NCBI GenBank assembly: GCA_963783385.1
Contig: CAWANJ010000002.1
Location: 20,908-84,907 of the forward strand
Reading direction: 5' to 3'
Origin: an uncultured Gemmatimonadales bacterium
Lineage (GTDB): Bacteria > Gemmatimonadota > Gemmatimonadetes > Palauibacterales > Palauibacteraceae
Length of the DNA: 64,000 nucleotides
In this document: piece after piece, positions 58,668 through 64,000 of the stretch
Layout: the number at the start of each line of letters is the position of its first letter
Numbering within the stretch: position 1 is the first letter of the stretch
Made by a program: the position numbers and the translations under genes
The notes under the pieces: model-generated
Told to the model about the DNA's origin: nothing
The model's database searches: none
The model's input: the letters and a program-made list of their open reading frames with translations, nothing else

Positions 58668-61600
58668 TCAGCCGCCCCCGCCCTGGCCGGCGCGGCGGGC
58701 CTTGTCGGGGAAGGGCGGGTGGGCGGGCGGCGTGACGTCTTCGGTCTTCAGGAGCTCCAGGACCTCGCGGACCGCGCGCTCGAGCTGCGGGTCGCGACCG
58801 GCCGCCCAGTCCTTCGCGTCGTAGTAGACGGGGATGTCGGGCGGCACGCCCTGGTTCTCGGCCACCCAGTGGTCGCCCGAGTAGACGGCGCTGCAGGGCG
58901 AGGTGATGTAGCCGCCGTCGACGAGCGGGTAGGGCACGCACGCCGCCACGAGGCCGCCCCAGGTGCGGGCGCCGATGAGCGGGCCGATGTGGTGCTGGCG
59001 GAACGCCCACGGGAAGTAGTCCCCGCCCGAGCCCGCTCGCTCGTTGATGAGGAGGACCTTGGGACCGAGCACGCCCGCCTCCGGCAGTCGGAAGTCCTTC
59101 CCGCCCGCGGCGTCGTTCGTGATGCCCCCGATGAGCTTCCTGCCCATCATGTCGACCATGTAGTCGTCCAGCAGGCCGCCGCCGTTGAAGCGCTCGTCGA
59201 TGACCGCGCCGTCCCTGTCCTGCTGGGCGAAGAAGTACCGGTTGAAGGAGACGAAGCCCGGACCGCCCGTGTTCGGAACCCACACGTAGGCCAGGCGGCC
59301 GTGCGACAGCGAGTCGACGGTGCGGCGGTTGTCCTCCACCCAGGTGCGCTGCCGGAGCGCGACCTCGCTCCGCAGGGGCACCACGGTCACCGTCCAGGAG
59401 CCCTCGTCCGAGGGCCGGCTGTTGAGCCGCAGGACCGTCTGCCGGTCCGCCGTGCCGTCCAGCCACTCGTACGGATTGTCCCTCGCCGTGAGCTCGCGGC
59501 CGTTCACGGCCAGGAGGTAGTCGCCCTGCGAGGCCAGGACGCCCGGTGCGGAGAGCGGAGCCTCGAGGTCCGGGTTCCAGCTCTGTGACGTGAGGATGCG
59601 AGTGATCCGCCAGCGGCCGTGCTCGGCCTCGAGGTCGGCGCCGAGGAGACCCGTGCGGACCGTGTCCACGGCCGGGTAGTCGCCGCCGCCGGTGAAGCTG
59701 TGGCCCACGCTGAGCTCGCCTCCGACCTGGTCCAGGATGTAGCGCAGGTCCTCGCGGCTCCTCACCCAGGGCACGAGGGGGGCGTAACGAGCGTGCACGG
59801 CGGGCCAGTCGGCGCCGTGCAGGTTGGGGGCGTAGAAGAAATCGCGCTCGATGCGCCACGCCTCCTGGAAGACCTGTCGCCACTCGGCCGCGGGCTTCAT
59901 GTACATGCGCGGCGCCACGTGGATGGCCCCCTCGCCCGGCTTGGGGGGCGCGGCCGTCCCCACAATGTGCCAGCCCTGGCCCTGCTGGAGGAGGATGTGA
60001 CCCCCGTCCTCGGAGAGCGCCATGCGGCGCACGCCGGTGGCGAAGCTCTCCTCCTTGCGCTTCTCCATGTCGAAGCGATGGAGCGTGAGCCCGGGCGCGT
60101 CCGCCACCCGCTCGGCCAGGAAGACCGTGCCGGCTTTGCCGGCCGCCAGCGCCTGGTAGCGGCGCACGGGGACGGGAAGAGCGACGATGCGGCGGGCGAT
60201 CCCGTCGGGGTCGATCCGCACCTGGACGGCGGAGTCGGCCTTCGCGCCGGCCTCGCCGCCCCTGGAACCGGCTCCGGTCTTCGCCCCACCCTTCGTGGCC
60301 GCGGCCCGCGCCGGACTTCTGCCGACCGTTCACGGCTTCCCCGCCCTCCTCGTCACTGCGCGGCGCGAAGGGGGTCGGGTCCCCCGAGCGGAGCACCGCC
60401 ACGTACGCCCCGTACGTGGGCCGCGCCTGCTGGTTGCTCAGGTTGGCCCACCCGCTCGCCAGGCCGAGGTCCGTGCTCGCGAGGAAGTAGAGCCACCGGC
60501 CACCCTTGTCCCAGGCGGGCGAGGCCGCGTCGGCCATGGCGTCGGTGAGCGCGGTGGCCTTCCCCGTCTCCAGCGACCACACCACGATGCGGTGGAAGTG
60601 GTTCGGGTACTCCTTCGCGTAGGCGAGCCACTTCGAGTCGGGGGACCAGGTGAGGTCGAGGCCGCCCCGGTTCATGGATCGTGCCGTCCGTGTCGGCGGT
60701 GACGAGCTTGCCGGACGCGACGTCGAGCACGTGGATGCGGGCGCGCTGGTCCACCCAGGCCATGTGCGTTCCGTCGGGCGACCAGGTGGCCGACCAGACG
60801 TACTTCGTCTCGTCTCCGAGCGAGATCTCGCGCGGCTTCTCGAGCCCCCTCTGGTCGCCGATCAGGAGGCGGTAGCCGTCCCCGGCGTCGGAGAACCACG
60901 CCACCCGCTCTCCGTCCGGGGACCACATGGGCGAGCGATCGGCGGCGCCGGGCGAGCGGGTGAGGTCGCGGACGTCGCCCTCTTCGGCCGGCACGGTGAA
61001 GACTGTCGCCTCGCGCCTCGAACAGGGCCCGCTTGCCGGTCGGCGAGAGAGAGGCGGAGGCGATCTCCCGGCTCACGTCCTCCCAGTGAGGCATGGCCCA
61101 CGGGAAGTCGCCGCGCACGGTGATGTCCAGCCGGTGGGCCTTCCCGGTGGACGGGTCCAGGAGCCAGATCCAGCCGTCCTCCTCGAAGGCGAGGGCGTCC
61201 TTCGCCCCGCCGCCCAGCGTCTTCACGTCCGCGTCCGTGAAGTGGGTGACCTGGTCGAGCGCCTTCGTGGACGGGTCGTACGACCACACGTTGGTCGTGT
61301 AGTCGCGGTCGGAGAGGAACCAGATCCGGTCCCCGAGCCACACGGGCCACGTGTCGGTGGTGCGGTCGTTGGGGAGCTTCGTCTCGTCGAGGGTCTTCCG
61401 GTCCAGGATCGTGAGCGGCGTGTTCTGGCCGCCGCGGTAGTTCCGGAACTCCGTGTCCCAGCGGTCCACGCGGTCGACCACCAGCCGCGTGCCGTCGGGA
61501 GAGAAGGAGCCGCGGAAGGCCATGGCCTCGGGGACCTCGCGTGGCGGGCCGCCCGCGGCGCGGCACCAGCCACAGGTGCGCGTAGGGCACGGGCGCCGAG

Positions 61601-62031
61601 CCGCGGTCCGAGGCGTACAGCACCTCCCGGCCGTCCGGCGTCCACCCGCGGGCGTACGAGGGCGACGGGTGCCAGGTCAGCCGCCGGGGCTCCCCGCCCT
61701 CGGAGGAGACGACCCACACCTGCGGGCTCCCCGTGCGATTCGAGGTGAACGCCACCCACTTCCCGTCGGGCGAGAAGTGGGGGTCGGTCTCGATCGCCGG
61801 GGTCGAGGTGAGGCGTCGCGCCTCGCCCCCGGTCCGGCCGACGACCCACAGGTCCCCGCCGTACTCGAACGCCACCTGCGTGGCGCTGACGGTGGGCTCG
61901 CGCAGGAGCCGCGTGCCGCCCGTGTCCGCCCCCGCCTGGGCGTCCAGGCGCGATGCGGGGGAGAGGAGGGCGGTCAGCGCGACGAAGCAGGCGGGGACGA
62001 CGCGAGCGTGACGCACGGCGGACTCGAACAT
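58668..62031 (-). CDS. tricorn protease homologue (N-terminal beta-propellers plus C-terminal S41 peptidase domain), about 1120 codons; the frame is interrupted at least four times, so it is a possible pseudogene or carries indel errors
   Basis: ATG 62031 with an AGGAG RBS. Signal peptide MFESAVRHARVVPACFVALTALLSPASRLDAQAG. Tricorn N-terminal repeats (VAFEYGGDLWVV...LTSTPAIETDPHFSPDGKWVAFTSNRTGSPQVWVV) in ORF 60862..62268. Further propeller segments in ORFs 60672..61523 and 60353..60994, each in a different frame. The C-terminal PDZ/S41 domain is in ORF 58668..60221. Confidence 0.6.
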
Positions 62032-62419
62032 GGAGGCTCCTGGTTTGCGGTCGGCGGGGTGCCGGCGGCCTCCAAGATCGTGGGCACGGGCCGGCGGCGC
62101 GAGCGCTTCCCACGGACCGGCAGCCGGGCCCCGATCCGGGAGCTCGGTCCCGGTCCTGGTTCGGCCCCCCGTTCCCACGCCTCCGAAGGCGGGGGCCGCC
62201 GTGAGCCTGGTGGCGTCTACCTGTACGCGCGGGAGGCGTTCGGTCCGCGCGAGCTGGGCCGCATCCACCCTCGCCCTCCTCGGGAGCTCGAGCCGTGCGA
62301 GCCTCGTGGCGGGGGGCGTGGCGCTCCTGGCCGGGGCGGGGCTGTACCTGTTCCGGAGGACGCCCGCCGCGGACCCGGCGGTCTCGCCCCCCTCCCAGGC
62401 TCGCCTCGCACGCCCCGAT

Positions 62420-62644
62420 TCAGCTTCCGCCGATCGAGTCGATGCGCGCGTTCCGCGCCCGGGCCGAGTCCTGGATCTCCAGCGCCTTGCGCACGCCGCT
62501 GGCGCCGGGAATCGGCGTCTCGCCCAGGACGCTGTCGCGCTGACGGGTGGTGAGGGTGTCGGTCGAGGTCTTCCTCGACGCTCGGCCCGAGCCGTCCGGG
62601 AAGGGCGCCTCGCGACCCTCGGGTCTCGTCCGGCCGCAGCGCAT
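62420..62644 (-). CDS. hypothetical small protein (74 aa)
   Basis: GC3 is about 93% over 74 codons, against about 70% in the overlapping frame. It starts immediately downstream of an AT-rich promoter-like segment. MRCGRTRPEGREAPFPDGSGRASRKTSTDTLTTRQRDSVLGETPIPGASGVRKALEIQDSARARNARIDSIGGS. I recognise no family. Confidence 0.4.
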   Translation of the reverse strand: MRCGRTRPEGREAPFPDGSGRASRKTSTDTLTTRQRDSVLGETPIPGASGVRKALEIQDSARARNARIDSIGGS

Positions 62645-62720
62645 CTCGAAAACGCATGAGTTGTCTGACTACATCTGACTTATATACAATGAGTTGTCTA
62701 CAGTCGTCTGACCTCGAATC
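62645..62720 (-). promoter_or_regulatory. AT-rich (about 40% GC) promoter-like island with two imperfect direct repeats
   Basis: Minus strand: ...GTCAGACGACTGTAGACAACTCATTGTATATAAGTCAGATGTAGTCAGACAACTCATGCG... The ~24-nt unit GTCAGAnGnnTGTAG(N0-4)ACAACTCAT occurs twice, flanking a TATATAAGT -10-like box. The second repeat carries the start-codon context. Confidence 0.45.
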
Positions 62721-62829
62721 GACCCGGCGGGCGGGTCGTCCCGCGGGGAGGCGTGCCCGCGCCCGCGCGCCTCCCGGGGCGGGGCCGGAGGTGTGCCCCG
62801 TGCTCGCCACGGTGGGGGGACGGTCGGAG

Positions 62830-63384
62830 TCAGCCGCCCCCGGAGCCTCCTCCGGCCGGGGGCGGGGCGCTCATGCCCCCGACGATGCGCCAGCTGCCGT
62901 CCGTCCGTAGCCAGGTGTGCGTGAGTCGGCTGTCGCCGCTCGACTCCGTGCCGTCGGCGGCACGGTAGATCGTGTGGACGGTGTAGAAGGTGACCGCCAC
63001 GTCGTCCAGGACCGTCACGGACAGCGGGTGCAGCTCGTAGTCGAAGGTGCCGGCCCGGATGAACGCGAACTGCTTTTCGACCATGCCGCGCAGGGCCACG
63101 CGGTCCACGGGGGATGCCGTCGCGTGCGGCCAGTCCGCCAGGTGCGGATCCCACAGCGCCATGAACCCCTCCACGTCGGCGGCCTTCCACAGCTTCCAGT
63201 AGGTCGTCTCCCGGTCCCACACCTGCCGCTGCTCGGGCGAGAGCTGCTGGGCGTGGACCGGGCCCGGGGTCCAGGCGAGGAGCAGCGCCGGCGCGGCGAC
63301 GGTGAGCGCCAGGGCCGCCGCCGTCGCCCGGCTCCGGATGGGCGATGGCGTCCCGGCTCGCCCGGCCGTCATGGGCGGAGCCAC
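62830..63384 (-). CDS. secreted SnoaL-like/DUF4440 (NTF2-fold) protein
   Basis: Signal peptide ...ATAAALALTVAAPALLLAWTPGPVHAQQ. Then WDRETTYWKLWKAADVEGFMALWDPHLADWP...HTWLRTDGSWRIVGGMS. Confidence 0.6.
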   Translation of the reverse strand: MAPPMTAGRAGTPSPIRSRATAAALALTVAAPALLLAWTPGPVHAQQLSPEQRQVWDRETTYWKLWKAADVEGFMALWDPHLADWPHATASPVDRVALRGMVEKQFAFIRAGTFDYELHPLSVTVLDDVAVTFYTVHTIYRAADGTESSGDSRLTHTWLRTDGSWRIVGGMSAPPPAGGGSGGG

Positions 63385-63421
63385 ATCATCGATACGGGCG
63401 GGTGCACCCCGTGGAGCGTGG

Positions 63422-63805
63422 TCACGGCGTCTCCTCCTCGGTCCAGGCTCGGGCTTCGATCTCCACGAGCATGCGGGGGTCGATGAGACGGCTCACCTCG
63501 ACCATGGTCGTGGCCGGGCGTCCGTCGCCGAAGAACTCCGCGTGCGCGCGGCCCACCGCCTCCCAGTCCTCGATCCTCGTGACATACATGCGAGTGCGCA
63601 CGACGTCGGCGGCGCTCCCGCCCAGGCGCTCGAGGGCGGCGACGATGTTGGTGAGAGCCTGGACGGCCTGACGGTACGCGTCTCCCTCGCCGACCAGCTC
63701 GCCCGCGCGGTCCAGCGCCGTGGTGCCGGACACCTCGATGAGGGGCCCGACCCGGACGGCCCGCGAGTAGCCCACGCGGGCCTCCCACTCGGTGCCCGTC
63801 CTCAC
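63422..63805 (-). CDS. RidA/YjgF-family protein (reactive intermediate/imine deaminase-like)
   Basis: From GTG 63805 (127 aa): VRTGTEWEARVGYSRAVRVGPLIEVSGTTA...GDAYRQAVQALTNIVAALERLGGSAADVVRTRMYVTRIEDWEAVGRAHAEFFGDGRPATTMVEV. This is the YjgF/chorismate-mutase-like fold. Confidence 0.7.
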   Translation of the reverse strand: MRTGTEWEARVGYSRAVRVGPLIEVSGTTALDRAGELVGEGDAYRQAVQALTNIVAALERLGGSAADVVRTRMYVTRIEDWEAVGRAHAEFFGDGRPATTMVEVSRLIDPRMLVEIEARAWTEEETP

Positions 63806-63858
63806 CCGCCGGCGGCTCACGCGGGCCGGCTCGACGGGAGCGCGACTCCTGCCTCCGA

Positions 63859-64000
63859 TCACCACGCGGCGATCACGGCGAACCCCGTCTCGTGCCGGCG
63901 AACTTCGGGGATCAGGCCCGCGTCCCGAAGCCAGGCCAGCTCGCTCTCGAGCGGAAAGTAGGTGTCCTCTCCCGCCCAGGCCTCCAGGTGGCCCTCCGCC
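63859..64000 (-). CDS. C-terminal end of an unidentified protein whose gene starts beyond the window end
   Basis: Minus-strand translation ...AEGHLEAWAGEDTYFPLESELAWLRDAGLIPEVRRHETGFAVIAAW-stop. The stop at 63859 is 2 nt before the RidA start. Confidence 0.4.
   Translation of the reverse strand, partial: AEGHLEAWAGEDTYFPLESELAWLRDAGLIPEVRRHETGFAVIAAW

Noticed and set aside
1-64000. CRISPR arrays, rRNA or tRNA genes
   Set aside because: No regularly spaced short direct repeats and no rRNA/tRNA-like conserved blocks were seen anywhere in the window.

Overview
The window is a 64 kb stretch of very high-GC (about 70%) bacterial chromosome. The gene content and sequence style fit a Gemmatimonadota-like organism, but I cannot prove the taxon from sequence alone. 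Nearly all long Arg/Gly/Pro-rich ORFs in the six-frame track are antisense artifacts of the GC bias. The real genes show very high third-position GC and recognizable motifs. I found no rRNA, tRNA, CRISPR array, transposase or integrase.

Positions 1 to 38.7 kb are an ordinary, cleanly coding housekeeping region: the 5-prime part of pdxA downstream of surA, mfd, an M28 aminopeptidase, and a sigma-54 NtrC-type response regulator. A near-consensus sigma-54 promoter follows the regulator and appears to drive a YtxH-like stress gene. Then come yihY/brkB, smpB, an AmiC-type amidase and a translationally coupled pyrK-pyrD-pyrF operon. Further on are a quinone oxidoreductase, a VLCAD-like acyl-CoA dehydrogenase, a Na/Ca exchanger, an M20 peptidase, hemolysin III, an MBL hydrolase, an M1 zinc aminopeptidase, an Nramp transporter, a YVTN propeller protein, a VOC protein, a class-C beta-lactamase-like hydrolase and an S9 DPP-IV-like peptidase.

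A three-ORF locus at 21.0 to 24.4 kb forms a putative c-di-GMP signalling module. An HD-GYP phosphodiesterase is preceded by a larger protein whose N-terminal domain is a paralogue of the HD-GYP protein's own N-domain. The reading frame of that upstream protein switches at about 22.25 kb into a HEAT-repeat frame.

From 38.7 to 45.0 kb there is a lower-GC (about 58 to 62%) island. It encodes two paralogous Cys-motif lipoproteins divergent from an ECF sigma factor and a zinc-finger anti-sigma factor, followed by a split CarboxypepD_reg and beta-barrel receptor.

Positions 44.96 to 45.77 kb hold a mosaic of two displaced gene 3-prime fragments. One matches the BNR/sortilin-like gene at 48.2 kb and the other matches the S9 peptidase at 38.4 kb, each at about 90% identity. 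Joined head-to-head, this is the signature of an old tandem duplication.

Positions 45.8 to 62.0 kb encode a run of secreted hydrolases, and all of the largest ones need several frame changes to be read end to end. These are the BNR/sortilin-like protein (about 1070 aa), an S9A prolyl oligopeptidase (about 718 aa), a tricorn protease (about 1120 aa), a beta-propeller lipoprotein and the TonB-like receptor. Interleaved smaller genes (amidohydrolase, TlpA) are intact. This points either to localized indel errors in the assembly or to genuine pseudogenization.

At 62.6 kb a 40%-GC promoter-like segment with imperfect direct repeats precedes a 74-codon ORF with very high GC3.
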